A DNA stretch of 64,000 nucleotides from an uncultured delta proteobacterium. Lineage in GTDB: Bacteria; Desulfobacterota; Desulfobaccia; Desulfobaccales; 0-14-0-80-60-11. Within the stretch, counting starts at the first letter, position 1. Every line of letters begins with the position of its first letter. The stretch spans positions 704,001-768,000 of the forward strand of contig CAWETI010000003.1 of the NCBI GenBank assembly GCA_963812015.1, given 5' to 3'. This document shows, piece by piece, positions 10,297-21,028 of this stretch. Position numbers and translations under genes: made by a program. The notes beneath the pieces were generated by a model, which was not told where the DNA came from, ran no database searches, and saw only the letters and a list, made by a program, of their open reading frames with translations.

Positions 10297-10601
10297 AAGA
10301 TCAGTTTACCACAGGCGCGGAAGTGAGTGAAGGGCAGACCTCACCTGCTGAGGCCAAAGAGGATGATAATTCGGAGAGCTTTTGGGGGGATGATTACACC
10401 GAAATTATCATGAGCCTAGACCAGATAAAAGCCCTCGGCGATGTGTTGACGACCGCAATTGGCGATGCCATGAGACACTATGAAGGTAAAGGCTATACCC
10501 CCTTTAATTTGGACGATAAAAGTTTGATAAGCATAGGCCATCTGATTCAGGAAAAAACCACCAGGATAAAGGCTCTGGTGGGAGAAGTAATGGTATTATA
10601 G
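10290..10601 (+). CDS. hypothetical protein (103 aa) downstream of the integrase
   Basis: AAGGAG RBS; followed by a hairpin at 10611-10641. Confidence 0.65.
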   Translation: MAEDQFTTGAEVSEGQTSPAEAKEDDNSESFWGDDYTEIIMSLDQIKALGDVLTTAIGDAMRHYEGKGYTPFNLDDKSLISIGHLIQEKTTRIKALVGEVMVL

Positions 10602-10610
10602 TTGTCGGCT

Positions 10611-10641
10611 ATGGGAGGGCGCCCCAGGCGTCCTCCCATTT
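10611..10641 (+). terminator. hairpin/terminator after ORF 10290
   Basis: ATGGGAGGGCGCC-cca-GGCGTCCTCCCAT followed by TT. Confidence 0.55.
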
Positions 10642-11335
10642 CAGTAAACTCAAAATTCAGGGAATAAGGGCCGGCTGATCCCCAGCCCCGACAAGGCGGA
10701 TTTCCTGGGCCGCCTTCCCCGAATAATTACCAGGATCATCACCAGGTTTCCCCTGCCAACTCAGGATTTGGCTTAAAAGAACCCGGAGCAGCAGCCCGGG
10801 CCAAGAGCAGCGACAATATCTCTTTCACAAAATAGGGCCAGGGTTTCTCCCTGGTCCTATCGTTTGTCCCTCGGTTACACGTTATCGAACACCGTCATGC
10901 TCCCCTGCCGGTCCCAAAACAGTTTTCTTCAATGAATCAGCCTTCATTTTTTCCTGCTTAGTAAGACGCCATTTTATTATTGGCTCCATCCAGTAATATT
11001 GTAGACGATCAGCACTAAAGCAGTTCAAAAGTGGGATAATTATTGAGGGAGAGAGTGATATTGGGGGAACAAATGGAATAAAAAAAGTTATTATCGAGAG
11101 TAATTCCGTCAGAAACCACTATATCTTCGCATGAGCATCCCACCTAATACGGCTCTTTTGGTAACTCATTAATTTAATTAAGAATAAAAAATTACTCTTT
11201 TTTCATTTTGGCCCTGGACATTGTTAAACAGGCGTGTATCATGGTAGTCAACATATTGATTCTATTGTCAGATTTGTCAAACAGATGTCGTGAAACGTTG
11301 ATGGTAACAGGGCTTTTGTTGTTTAGGGGGTAAAA

Positions 11336-11551
11336 ATGCGATCTATATTTATCGCTTTCCGTGTCACCAAAGTTGAGAAAAAAAATGTTGAAAGATTGGC
11401 GCGGCAGTTCGGGTGCGGATCATTGTCTGATTTCATTCGACTGGTCATACGGCTGGCCGATCCTAAGACCAATCAGGCCGCGGATCGGATGAACTATGCA
11501 CGGCATAAAAAAACCCCGGGGGATGAGGCCCGGGGGCAAGACCAAATATAA
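11336..11551 (+). CDS. small ribbon-helix-helix/MobC-like DNA-binding protein
   Basis: IAFRVTKVEK..LA...SLSDFIR pattern typical of RHH proteins. Confidence 0.55.
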   Translation: MRSIFIAFRVTKVEKKNVERLARQFGCGSLSDFIRLVIRLADPKTNQAADRMNYARHKKTPGDEARGQDQI

Positions 11552-11772
11552 TGAGGTTCACAATGATTACTCGGTTAGAGCTGGCAAAACGTTGGAAGTG
11601 CTCCGCCCGAAAGGTTGACCGGATGAGAAAAGAGGGGCTACTCCCATGGGTTGACCTATCCCAAGGCCGGGGGGCGCGGCCTTGTGTGCGGTTCCGATTG
11701 GTCGATATTGAAACCTTAGAAGCACGCATGGTCAAGGGGCCGGTCATGGAAGCCCGGCCAGAGGCTTTATGA
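11551..11772 (+). CDS. excisionase/AlpA-like helix-turn-helix protein
   Basis: ITRLELAKRWKCSARKVDRMRKEGLLP...VRFRLVDIE. Confidence 0.75.
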   Translation: MRFTMITRLELAKRWKCSARKVDRMRKEGLLPWVDLSQGRGARPCVRFRLVDIETLEARMVKGPVMEARPEAL

Positions 11773-11986
11773 AATCAAATGCCCCTGGTGGGCGGGGACC
11801 ATGCCAGGGGCGACGGGCGGTGAACTCTTGATCATGCGGAGATTCTACTATGGAAACCATATTCTATTTTGAACTAAAATTCAATGGATTAGTGTGGCCG
11901 TTCTTCCTGCAACTTCATATCCCTGCCCATTTAGCTCAGTTATCCCTTGCCCTGGATAGGGCTTCGGTTGATTTCGAGGGGGCGGG

Positions 11987-14539
11987 ATGAACCTTGAGCA
12001 GCTTCTAACCCCGAAAACCCTTGCGACCCCGCACGTTCAAGACTTGAAGAGATCCAAGATAAGTCGGGAGGCGGCCCAGGAAGCGGGGATTTCGACCGTT
12101 CCCCCTGACATGATTTCAAAGGTTTTGGGAATGTGTAATTACGGGTGGGCTGCCCCCAAGGTTGACTCAATGCTGGCCTTCCTTTACCGGCCCCTCAATG
12201 GCAGCGGAGATCATGATTATTTCCGGGTTAAGGTATATCCCCCGATTAAGACAAAGAAGGGAACCGCTAAATATTTACAACCTGAGGGGAGCGTTAATCA
12301 CGTTTACTGTCCGTCCGGTGTTGAGCCCCAGGGAAATGACACCCTTTATATTACGGAAGGGGAGAAAAAGGCGGTGTGTCTTACCTTGCAAGGCTTCCCT
12401 TGTATTGGATTAGGCGGGGTGAACGGCTACCGAACAAAAGATGCTGAAGGTAATTCACGGGTAATTCCTGATTTCGATTTAATCAACTGGCATAAGCGTG
12501 ATGTGGTGATAGTTTTCGATGCTGACATAGCCGTCAATGAGATGGTGGAACAAGCCGAAACCAAATTAGCAGAGGAACTACTCTCCCGTAAGGCCAGAGT
12601 ATTCATTAAGCGGCTACCTTATGGCCCGGGGTGCGCTAAAGGGGCGGATGACTATCTAGTTACCCATGGGGCGGAAGCATTTAAAAAACTCCCTGCTAAG
12701 ACGGTAAAGCCGAAAAGAAAAGTGCCGGCCCAGGCCCAGGGAACCGAGCCGGAACCGGCTGAATCCCCCCGAGTGGCTATGTGCGGCCACCTGTATTTCA
12801 TTGACCGGGGGCGGTTGTGCCTGGAAACGGTGGACCGGGAGGGCAAGCCAAAGCTTACCATCCTGGCCAATTTTCAGGCCCAGATAGAAGAGGAAGTGAC
12901 CCGAGACGACGGCTTGAGGCCTTCAAAAGAATTTCATATTGCCGGAAGCCTGGACACCGGGCGGCTTCTCCCCCGGGCCCGCATAATGGCAAAAGAATAT
13001 GATTCCCTCAACTGGATACCCCGAGAGTGGGGGGCGGCGGCGGCGGTTGCCCCCGGCCGGTCCCTTGGCGCCCACCTGGTGAATGCTATTCAAGCTCATT
13101 CCCAGGGGTTCAAGAGGCGCACCGTCTATGCTCACACCGGCTGGCAAAAAATAGGGCTCGTTTGGCGATACCTGCATGGTGGGGGAGCTATCGGCCAGGG
13201 CGATCCGGTAGAGGTTGACCTTGGGGAGAACCTGAGTAACTACAGCTTGCCCGAGCCCGGGGGGATTGAGGCGGCTCAGGCCAGTTTGAGATTTTTGGAT
13301 ATTGGCCCCTGGAAAATCACAGCCCCCTTGCTTGCCTGTGTTTACCTGGCCCCGTTTGCGGACCTGTGCAATGTAGATTTTTCTCTCTGGTTCCACGGTC
13401 CCACGGGGGGGCTAAAATCCACCCTGGCGGCCCTGGCCCTCTGTCACTTCGGGAACTTCTCTCGGACTACCTTACCCGGATCATGGTTTTCAACCGTCAA
13501 CAGCCTGGAAAAGCTCTGCTTTGTGCTGAAAGATAGCCTGCTGGTGATTGATGATTTCATGCCGGCGGCGAACTCAAAGGAATCGCACCGAATGGCGGAG
13601 AGTGCGGCTCGGCTGATTTACCAGGCCGGCAATCGTTCAGGCCGTGGGCGGCTGACGGCGGACCTGAGCGCCCGGCCCGATCATCGCCCCCGTTGCCTAA
13701 TTATCTCTACGGGGGAAATGCTGCTACCCGGCCAGAGACAGAGTGCCACGGCCCGTTACCTGGGGGTTGAGTTTGACCCGGAAAAGACCCCGATAGACAT
13801 GGCCCGGCTGACGGCGGCCCAAAGGGAGCAGGCCCTTTACCCTCAAGCGATGGCGGCCTATCTTGAGCCCCTGGCCCCCCACCTGGATGATACCTTGACC
13901 CAGATTCAGGAGCTCTGGGGAGACTTCCGGGGGGCCTTTCAAAGGACGGCCCATTTGCGGATACCCGAAATTCAGGCCTGGTTAGCTGTGGGGTTCGAGC
14001 TCTTCCTGAGATTTCAAACCATCATGGGGGCAATTACCCAGGACGTCGCGGTTGATCTGCATGACCGCGCCTGGCGAGTGTTTGAAGCCCTGGGGGAAAA
14101 GCATTCCCGGATAATCGAGGGGGAGCGGCCTACCCTGAAATTCTTGGCGATCTTGCGGGAACTCTTCTACCAGTCGCGGGTTTATGTGGAATCGGCTACC
14201 GTGGCGGGTGCACCCCCACAGGAACGAGGAGCCTTGGGGTGGGAAGGAACCGAACCCGCAAAACATGCTGAGCTTGTGGGGTGGGCAGGCGATGGGGTTC
14301 TTTATCTTATGCCGGAAATGACCCTCAAGGTGATACACGAAACGATCCGCCGGCAAGGGGATTTCTTATCCTTGGGGAAAAATGACCTCTTTGCAGCCCT
14401 GGCACGGGAGGGGTTCATTGAGCCGGCCAGGGGCGAAAACACGCAAATAAAGTGGATTCAGGGGGCTTCAAAACGGGTTATCTGTTTACCCCTGGTGAAG
14501 TTGGCCGATGATGAGGCTATGGAAAATGAGAGGACATAA
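11987..14539 (+). CDS. primase-helicase fusion (DUF3854/TOPRIM N-terminus, P-loop helicase C-terminus)
   Basis: KYLQP, YITEGEKKA, VFDAD, KGADDYL TOPRIM motifs; GPTGGLKSTL Walker A-like and LVIDDF Walker B. Confidence 0.85.
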   Translation: MNLEQLLTPKTLATPHVQDLKRSKISREAAQEAGISTVPPDMISKVLGMCNYGWAAPKVDSMLAFLYRPLNGSGDHDYFRVKVYPPIKTKKGTAKYLQPEGSVNHVYCPSGVEPQGNDTLYITEGEKKAVCLTLQGFPCIGLGGVNGYRTKDAEGNSRVIPDFDLINWHKRDVVIVFDADIAVNEMVEQAETKLAEELLSRKARVFIKRLPYGPGCAKGADDYLVTHGAEAFKKLPAKTVKPKRKVPAQAQGTEPEPAESPRVAMCGHLYFIDRGRLCLETVDREGKPKLTILANFQAQIEEEVTRDDGLRPSKEFHIAGSLDTGRLLPRARIMAKEYDSLNWIPREWGAAAAVAPGRSLGAHLVNAIQAHSQGFKRRTVYAHTGWQKIGLVWRYLHGGGAIGQGDPVEVDLGENLSNYSLPEPGGIEAAQASLRFLDIGPWKITAPLLACVYLAPFADLCNVDFSLWFHGPTGGLKSTLAALALCHFGNFSRTTLPGSWFSTVNSLEKLCFVLKDSLLVIDDFMPAANSKESHRMAESAARLIYQAGNRSGRGRLTADLSARPDHRPRCLIISTGEMLLPGQRQSATARYLGVEFDPEKTPIDMARLTAAQREQALYPQAMAAYLEPLAPHLDDTLTQIQELWGDFRGAFQRTAHLRIPEIQAWLAVGFELFLRFQTIMGAITQDVAVDLHDRAWRVFEALGEKHSRIIEGERPTLKFLAILRELFYQSRVYVESATVAGAPPQERGALGWEGTEPAKHAELVGWAGDGVLYLMPEMTLKVIHETIRRQGDFLSLGKNDLFAALAREGFIEPARGENTQIKWIQGASKRVICLPLVKLADDEAMENERT

Positions 14540-14549
14540 CCCTCCTGGT

Positions 14550-14835
14550 CTTACGGTCCTTACGGCATCCTTACGGCAATTTTTGGCAAACCGTAAGGGA
14601 GGAAATGCAGGCCAGTAAAGGGGTAGAGGGGTATCCTTACGGAAATTACGGTTTTATTCTCTATAAGACCCTCTTTGTATCTAGAGAGAGAGGGGTAGGC
14701 AGGGTGCAGGAATTATAACATGTAGCTCTACTGGAATAATGCCGTAAGAACCGTAAGGCGGCCTTTTGAGTTAATAACCGCGCGGGTTTCACCCTTACGG
14801 TTATACCGTAAGGATACCGTAAGGGAAGCGTAAGG
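14550..14835. repeat. iteron-like array (CTTACGG/CCGTAAG), putative replication origin of the element
   Basis: About 12 copies in both orientations (14550, 14559, 14570, 14591, 14636, 14647, 14742, 14751, 14794, 14806, 14817, 14829) immediately after the primase-helicase gene. Confidence 0.8.
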
Positions 14836-14838
14836 AAT

Positions 14839-16206
14839 ATGATCACCCTCAGAATTGACAGCCAAGTTCACTTTGGCCCCATGCCCGAGATCCCGGGAGC
14901 AATCCTGAACGAGATCAAGCGCCGACTGAGCTTCGAGAATCCGGCCTACCTGGAGGCTAAGAAGCGGGGTTTTTACACCGGGAATATTGCCCAACAGATT
15001 CGCGGCTATGAGATCGAAGGCGACCGGTTGATCATCCCCCGGGGTTTCACCCGGCAACTGGTGGAGATGCTTCACCGTGCGGGCGTCCAGTATCGCATCG
15101 AGGACCGACGGCGGACCCTGCCAGAGGAGGTCTTTCAATTCCTTGGTTTCCCCTACGACTTCCAGGCTGAGGCCGTGGAAGCCATGGCAGCGCGGGATTT
15201 CGGGACCCTGGCGGCGCCCACGGGCTCAGGTAAAACGGTGGTGGCCCTGGCTCTCGTGGCCATGCGGCGGCAACCGGCCCTGGTAGTGGTGCACACCCGG
15301 GAACTCATGGACCAATGGATTTCGAGGGTTGAAACCTTCCTGGGAATCCCGGCCCGAGAGGTGGGTATCATCGGCGGCGGCAAAATGAAGATGGGGGACA
15401 AGATCACCGTGGCCATGGTGCAGACCCTTTGCAAGTGCGCCCCCGAGGTTGCCCCTTTCATCGGAAATTTGATAGTTGACGAGGCCCACAGATGCCCCTC
15501 CCGGACCTTCACAGAGGCGGTGACGGCCTTTGATTCATGGTACATGACCGGCCTGAGTGCAACCCCTTGGCGGCGTGACGGCCTCTCCCGGCTGATTTAC
15601 TGGTATGTGGGGGATAAGGTCCATGAGATTGACAAGGCCGCCCTGGTGAAAGCTGGCCACGTCCTCCAGGCTGAGGTGGTCTGGAGAGAAACCGATTTCG
15701 AGCCCACCTTTGACCCCTCAGAGGAATATAGCCGGATGCTGTCAGAGCTTACCCAGGACCCGGCCAGAAATGACTTGATTGCCGCGGACGTGGCCCGGGA
15801 AGCCCAAGGCAACGGCGGCGGGGTATGTCTGGTGCTCAGTGACCGGAAAAGCCACGTCGAAACTCTGGCGGGGCTCCTGGAGGTTCGGGGGATAGAGGCG
15901 GCAATACTTACCGGGGATCTGAGCAACGGAGAACGTCAAGCGGTTGTGGCGGCCCTGAACGCCGGTAAGGTCAAGGTCCTGGTGGCCACAGGGCAGTTGA
16001 TCGGTGAGGGCTTCGATTGCCGGGACCTCAGCACCTTGTTTCTTGGCACGCCCATCCGATTCTCCGGTCGGCTCCTGCAATACCTGGGGCGGGTGCTCCG
16101 GCCGGCACCTGGGAAGAGTCGAGCGGTTGTGGTCGATTATCAGGATGTAAATGTGCCTGTTTTGATGAATGCGGCCAGGGGGCGCCAACGGGTTTATGGC
16201 GAATAA
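14839..16206 (+). CDS. SF2 DEAD/DEAH-box helicase (ResIII-like)
   Basis: APTGSGKT, IVDEAH, GLSATP, GEGFD, QYLGRVLR. Confidence 0.92.
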   Translation: MITLRIDSQVHFGPMPEIPGAILNEIKRRLSFENPAYLEAKKRGFYTGNIAQQIRGYEIEGDRLIIPRGFTRQLVEMLHRAGVQYRIEDRRRTLPEEVFQFLGFPYDFQAEAVEAMAARDFGTLAAPTGSGKTVVALALVAMRRQPALVVVHTRELMDQWISRVETFLGIPAREVGIIGGGKMKMGDKITVAMVQTLCKCAPEVAPFIGNLIVDEAHRCPSRTFTEAVTAFDSWYMTGLSATPWRRDGLSRLIYWYVGDKVHEIDKAALVKAGHVLQAEVVWRETDFEPTFDPSEEYSRMLSELTQDPARNDLIAADVAREAQGNGGGVCLVLSDRKSHVETLAGLLEVRGIEAAILTGDLSNGERQAVVAALNAGKVKVLVATGQLIGEGFDCRDLSTLFLGTPIRFSGRLLQYLGRVLRPAPGKSRAVVVDYQDVNVPVLMNAARGRQRVYGE

Positions 16207-16339
16207 CCTCTAAACTTTTTCAGCATGGCGGATAAATGCCTCGTGAGGTTTGACCAGGAGGCCGAATACCCCGCACCCTGAATTTAACACCGTGGGCGGT
16301 TACTTTGGCCCTATCGTGATAATGGTTAAGGGGAATGTT

Positions 16340-16684
16340 ATGGGAAAAGGTCTTTCTTTTTTACAGGAGCAAATCCTTATCCTGGCCTTGCAACGCGGAG
16401 GGACGGTATCCGTGGCCGACATTTTAAATTCGTTGTGGGAACCGGCCGGAGAGAATGGCGCTCAGCCTTTCAGCCGGCGCCATGTCGGGGCAGGGGATTA
16501 TGGCCAAATCCACAGCACCCTATCAAGATCCGTTGAGCGGCTACGCTTTAGAGGTCTAACGCGGACTTTCAAGGATGTAGCCGGAACCCCTGGGACAATC
16601 ATAGCCCTCACAGCTTTCGGAAGACAGATAGCTCAGGAGATTGCAGAGGGAGAAGAGGAAGAAGCGCTGACCCAGCATGAATAA
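16340..16684 (+). CDS. putative winged-helix hypothetical protein
   Basis: MGKGLSFLQEQIL..STLSRSVERLRFRGL; start taken at the internal Met. Confidence 0.5.
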   Translation: MGKGLSFLQEQILILALQRGGTVSVADILNSLWEPAGENGAQPFSRRHVGAGDYGQIHSTLSRSVERLRFRGLTRTFKDVAGTPGTIIALTAFGRQIAQEIAEGEEEEALTQHE

Positions 16685-17289
16685 TTTTTATTTCTTACTA
16701 TTTATGTCAAATTATGAATTACTATCTTTTTCCTATCTATTCAAATCGTGCTTATTGGTGAAAACCCAGGGCTGGTGAGGCTCGCATGACTTCAAGGAAT
16801 TTTCCAGAAATAGCTCGATAAATCCAGAATATTATTAAATCTTTCGAAAATAATATACAGTAACTAATTGATTATTAAAGGTAATCGAGCAATAAATTAT
16901 TAAATAAATTGTTTTAAAGTCCAGATTTGAAAGATTTTCCATATTTTTGCACATACAAGCCAGACTTTTCCTATATAATCCTCCCCCCCATTTCTCCATT
17001 ATCTTTCGGAAGTTTATCGACTCCTGGCCATACCCAGACACCGTCTCCGGTCTCTTGTGTCCCCATCGCCATAAAATCATTTCTCCGGCAATGAAATGAG
17101 CCGCCCAAAAATCCCCCAAAAAGAATTAATGGAATGTCTTCACGTGTGGCATAATACTTTTCGGGTGACCTTCATGAATTTACGGCCCCCTGGCCAACTT
17201 ACTTAACGAGACCGCCAAAGCAGGTCGGACAAGTGCACCCCCCCCGTAGCCAGGGCCATGATGCCCCCATCTTTGAATAGAGGTACACT

Positions 17290-18470
17290 GTGGCAACGAA
17301 TTTACCTACCGTCATCGAAGCCGTTCTCAAGACCTATGCCCAAGAAGTAACGGCCAAGTTTGCTCTCCCCATAGATTTTAACCCGGAGGACCAACTTAAG
17401 ACCCCTATCGATGCCCTCCTTAAAGGTATCGGCGCCGCAATAGGTCTTGCACTCGGGGTCGTAACGGAAGTACATACAGATCAACTCGGGCGCCCCGATA
17501 TGGGCATTGCGGTCAAGGGACTTCTGGCCGGCCACGTGGAGTTGAAGGCGCCCGGCAAGGGCGCCAACCCGGAAAAACTAAAGGGCGGTGACCGGGAGCA
17601 GTGGGAGCGCTTTAAGAATCTCCCCAACCTCATTTACACCGACGGCAACGACTGGGCCCTGTATCGCAACGGCCAACTGGAAGGGAAAATGGTTCGGCTG
17701 GCCGGCGACGTCTCCACTGCCGGCCCGGCCGCCATCGGTCCTGCCGATGCCGAGGCCCTCCTGGCGTTGATGCAAGACTTTCTCCACTGGGAGCCCATTG
17801 TCCCCGCGTCGCCTACCGCGCTGGCAAAAATGCTCGCCCCCCTCTGCCGTCTGCTGCGCGCCGATGTCCTGGCAGCCCTCCAAAATCGCGAGTCAAATCT
17901 TTCTCATCTGGCCGCGGATTGGCGCAAGTACCTTTTTCCCGATGCCGACGATTTCCAGTTCGCCGACGCCTATGCCCAGACACTCACCTACGCCTTGCTC
18001 CTGGCTCGCCTCTCCGGCCCGGGAGCGGGCCTCTCCATCCCCCAAGCCGTGGCCGCCATCCGCACCGGCCATCGCCTGTTGGCCGACGCCCTAAAAATCT
18101 TGGGTGACCCCATGGCCCGGGAGGAGATTGAGACCCCGGTTTCGGTGCTGGAACGGGTGATCGGCGCGGTGGACCCCGCGGTCCTCACCCGCAAGTCAAA
18201 GGGAGATCCCTGGCTCTATTTCTACGAGGACTTCCTGGCCGCCTACGATCCGAAAATGCGCAAGGACCGGGGAGTGTACTACACCCGGTGGAGGTGGTCC
18301 AGGCTCAGGTGCGCCTGGTGGCCCAGTTGCTGGAGGAGCGCTTTGACGCTGACTTTTCCTTTGTGAACGAAAAGGTCATCACCCTGGACCCCGGCGCCGG
18401 CACCGGCACCTATATCCTCGCCGCCCTGCAACACGGCCTGCACCGGGTGGAGCAGGAAAGAGGCCCCAGC
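17290..18470 (+). pseudogene. frameshifted, truncated Type ISP/IIG-like restriction-modification (N6-methylase) gene
   Basis: RPD..ELK nuclease motif, YAQTLTY and YFYEDFLAAYD..RGVYYT. A 1-nt deletion at about 18287 shifts VEVVQ..LDPGAGTGTY into another frame. Homology is lost at about 18470, with no NPPY motif. Confidence 0.8.
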
Positions 18471-18694
18471 CAGCGGCCTATCGCCGTCATTTCTTCCACG
18501 CAGCCTCCACAGGGAACGATATACGCCGCTACTTTCCCACGATTTGCACCCGGTCAGCCTCTGAGAGTGAGAAGTGCAAAGATAAGAAGGCGGGGTGTCG
18601 CCTTTGAGACCCAGGCCCTGCTTCCTGGCCAGAAGCTCCGTAAATCTTAAATACTATACTTTTGTATAGTTGTCAAGCGAGCGTTTTTTGACCC

Positions 18695-18789
18695 CAAGAA
18701 GATCATATATTAACCTCTGACCCAGCCTCGCCCCAGTAACCCCTCAGTCAAAGCGTTAGAACGCCGCAGGAAGCGTGTGACGCTTTTTT
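18695..18789 (+). repeat. cassette-boundary repeat R0 (half palindrome plus 'zeta' arm)
   Basis: AAGAAGATCATATATTAACCTCTGACCC..GAAGCGTGTG..TTTTT; homologous to 33886-34000 and 61996-62090. Confidence 0.8.
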
Positions 18790-19471
18790 AAGGCCTATCT
18801 AAGGGTGGGCCATGGCCATAATTCGGCCGGGGTCAAGTGACCCCACGGACGCGGTTGCGGGTCCCGGACCAGCCGGATTTTTGCTTCAAAATTTTTGGGC
18901 CGTTCCCATCATGGGGGGTGTCTGCTGTTCCTGCCCATGCGAACGAAAAAAGACTCGATCAGTTAGACCTATTTCACTATGCAAACCATATCCGCAACTC
19001 TTTGGAATTTTTGATAAGTCTTGATAGTGGCAAGATATCTGGCTATGACCTGCCTCTCTTCGATCAATTACTCTAAAATAACTTGTGGATTATTTTTTGG
19101 GGGGTAGGTTATTCAGAAGCAAAAATTAGGGATGTCCTAATATAAAATTAAGATTATTTTTGAAATAATTGCGCATAAATTTCTCATGGCCTAAGCTATG
19201 CTCCGCCAGGATCACTGGCTTGACTAAAAAAAGCCGAATTTTCTCACTCAAATTGGTCCAAAAAAAGGGGCAGTTCCAAAAAGGGAGCGGAATCTTGGGC
19301 ACGAGTATGAGATTAAACTGCTTAGATTCATTAATGAAATTTTTTTTCGCCTGAATGCGCCGATCGAAAGCATTTTTGGGGTTAAACCATCAAGGGCCGC
19401 ATATACCGACCTAACACGCCCCGGAGGATACGGTGGCGGGGTCGGCGGGGGTCGGCATGGGGAGGGTTTGA

Positions 19472-20689
19472 TTGAAAAAATGGGCCGTCAACGCCGGGTT
19501 GATAATTCTCAGCATAATGGTGGTGATCACCGGCCTAGAGATGGCCCTTCGATTCACCTCATGCCGCTACCTGCTAACCCGAAACCGCCATCTCCGCTAT
19601 TACTACCATGCCGATCCAGTCAAAGGCTTTGACATTTCCCCCAGTATCAAGCCCAGGCGTGTTTCCGTGGACTACCGGGTGGAGTTCGACATCTGGTCCA
19701 ACGAGCTGGGGTGTTTTGATGAGCCTTACCATGGAGAAAAATCATTCATCCTACTAGTGGGTGATAGTTTCACCCACAGCTTCGCGCCCTTCTCGGATAA
19801 ATGGGGGACCCAGGTAGAAAAGTTGCTGGGCTACCGGGTATTGAAATGCGGGGTTACCGGATATGGGACCTATCAGGAACTTTTGAAGGCTAAAGAGATT
19901 ATCGCCAAGGTCAAAAATCGGCCGCAGCTCATCATCGTGGGCTATTTTTGGAATGACCTTAGCGACGATTACTCCTTCCCCGATCTCACCGTAGTCGATG
20001 GCTTCCTGGTGGAGTCCGGCAAATATAAGGACCCCAAGACTAATGAACTCTTAACGGAAAAATTGACCAAAAGATATACCCTGTGGGAAAAGCTGTTCGG
20101 CGGCGCCTACCCCTTAAATGTGGGCGAGATGATCAGGTACTACCTGGATCAGCATTTCATTGTCATGAACCTGGTGAATGATGCTTTGGCGAGTGTCTCT
20201 CCAGGCCGGCAAAAATATACCCGCCCCGATGAATTTATAGCGTTCGAACCCGAGTCCAAAAATCGGAAGATCTGGCAGCAGCACTTACAGAACGTAGCCG
20301 CATTTAAAGACCTGGCCGTGGCCAATCAGGCCAACCTGCTGATGGTGCTGATCCCCACCAACACCCAGGTCTATCCCTTCCTGGGGGCACACCGGGGTGA
20401 TGATCTAGAAGGTCCTAACAGGATTATGGCGCAGTTCCTGACTGCCCAGGGCATTGATTTTATAGATTTACTCCCCCTCATGAGAACCTATGCCAGTGAA
20501 ACGCCGCGCCGGGCCCTGAACCCGGAAAAGGACCTGTACTGGCGGCATAATTCTCACTGGAGCATCAGAGGCAATCACCTGGCTGGCATGCTGGTGTCCC
20601 GCTATATCCTGGAACACCGGTTGGTGGAGGCGCCGGAACGGGAGGCCAGACTCAGGGAAATAGAGGCTAAATTGCAAGCCTGGCGCTAA
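19472..20689 (+). CDS. SGNH/GDSL hydrolase-like (AlgX/AlgJ-type) membrane-anchored protein
   Basis: N-terminal TM, LLVGDSFT, GYGT.QE, FWND, HWSIRGNH. Confidence 0.8.
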   Translation: MKKWAVNAGLIILSIMVVITGLEMALRFTSCRYLLTRNRHLRYYYHADPVKGFDISPSIKPRRVSVDYRVEFDIWSNELGCFDEPYHGEKSFILLVGDSFTHSFAPFSDKWGTQVEKLLGYRVLKCGVTGYGTYQELLKAKEIIAKVKNRPQLIIVGYFWNDLSDDYSFPDLTVVDGFLVESGKYKDPKTNELLTEKLTKRYTLWEKLFGGAYPLNVGEMIRYYLDQHFIVMNLVNDALASVSPGRQKYTRPDEFIAFEPESKNRKIWQQHLQNVAAFKDLAVANQANLLMVLIPTNTQVYPFLGAHRGDDLEGPNRIMAQFLTAQGIDFIDLLPLMRTYASETPRRALNPEKDLYWRHNSHWSIRGNHLAGMLVSRYILEHRLVEAPEREARLREIEAKLQAWR

Positions 20690-20706
20690 GAGCAACGTTG
20701 ACCTGC

Positions 20707-20773
20707 CTGCCATAATACCGGATTACTCACTTGTGGCCAACCCAAACTACTCGGGTACGATATGGCGATCATA
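20707..20773 (+). repeat. cassette-boundary repeat R1 (interrupted by an intron fragment)
   Basis: CTGCCATAAT..TTACTCAC, then CGATATGGCGATCATA identical to 26132-26147. Confidence 0.75.
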
Positions 20774-20882
20774 GTACGCCACGAACGCACGTAGAGTGCG
20801 GTGCCTTGCAGGAGATGAGGGTTAGGCCCCTTGGAACCGGTCTGCAGAGACAGGTTCAAACCGCCTTAAGCTGCACTGGTTT
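20774..20882 (+). mobile_element. 5' fragment of a group II intron related to the one at 36025-37872
   Basis: GTACGCCACGAACGCACG...GAGATGAGGG..GGTCTGCAG.GACAGGTT..AAACCGCCTTAAGCTGC aligns with the reverse complement of 37765-37872. Confidence 0.88.
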
Positions 20883-21028
20883 CACTGATGCACACCGAAG
20901 GCTGTGGCCCTCTGATCAGCCACCGCAGATAACCCTTTCCGGAATCTCTCACCACTCCAGAACGATACACATCTGCAAGCTGTTTTCTTGACATCTTTCT
21001 CTAAATATGCAATAAATTAATATCCTCC

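Noticed and set aside
16835..17119. AT-rich minus-strand ORF
   Set aside because: No RBS or recognisable motif; may be a decayed fragment.
18560..18680. Possible structured RNA after the R-M pseudogene
   Set aside because: Hairpins are weak and there is no second copy in the window to support it.
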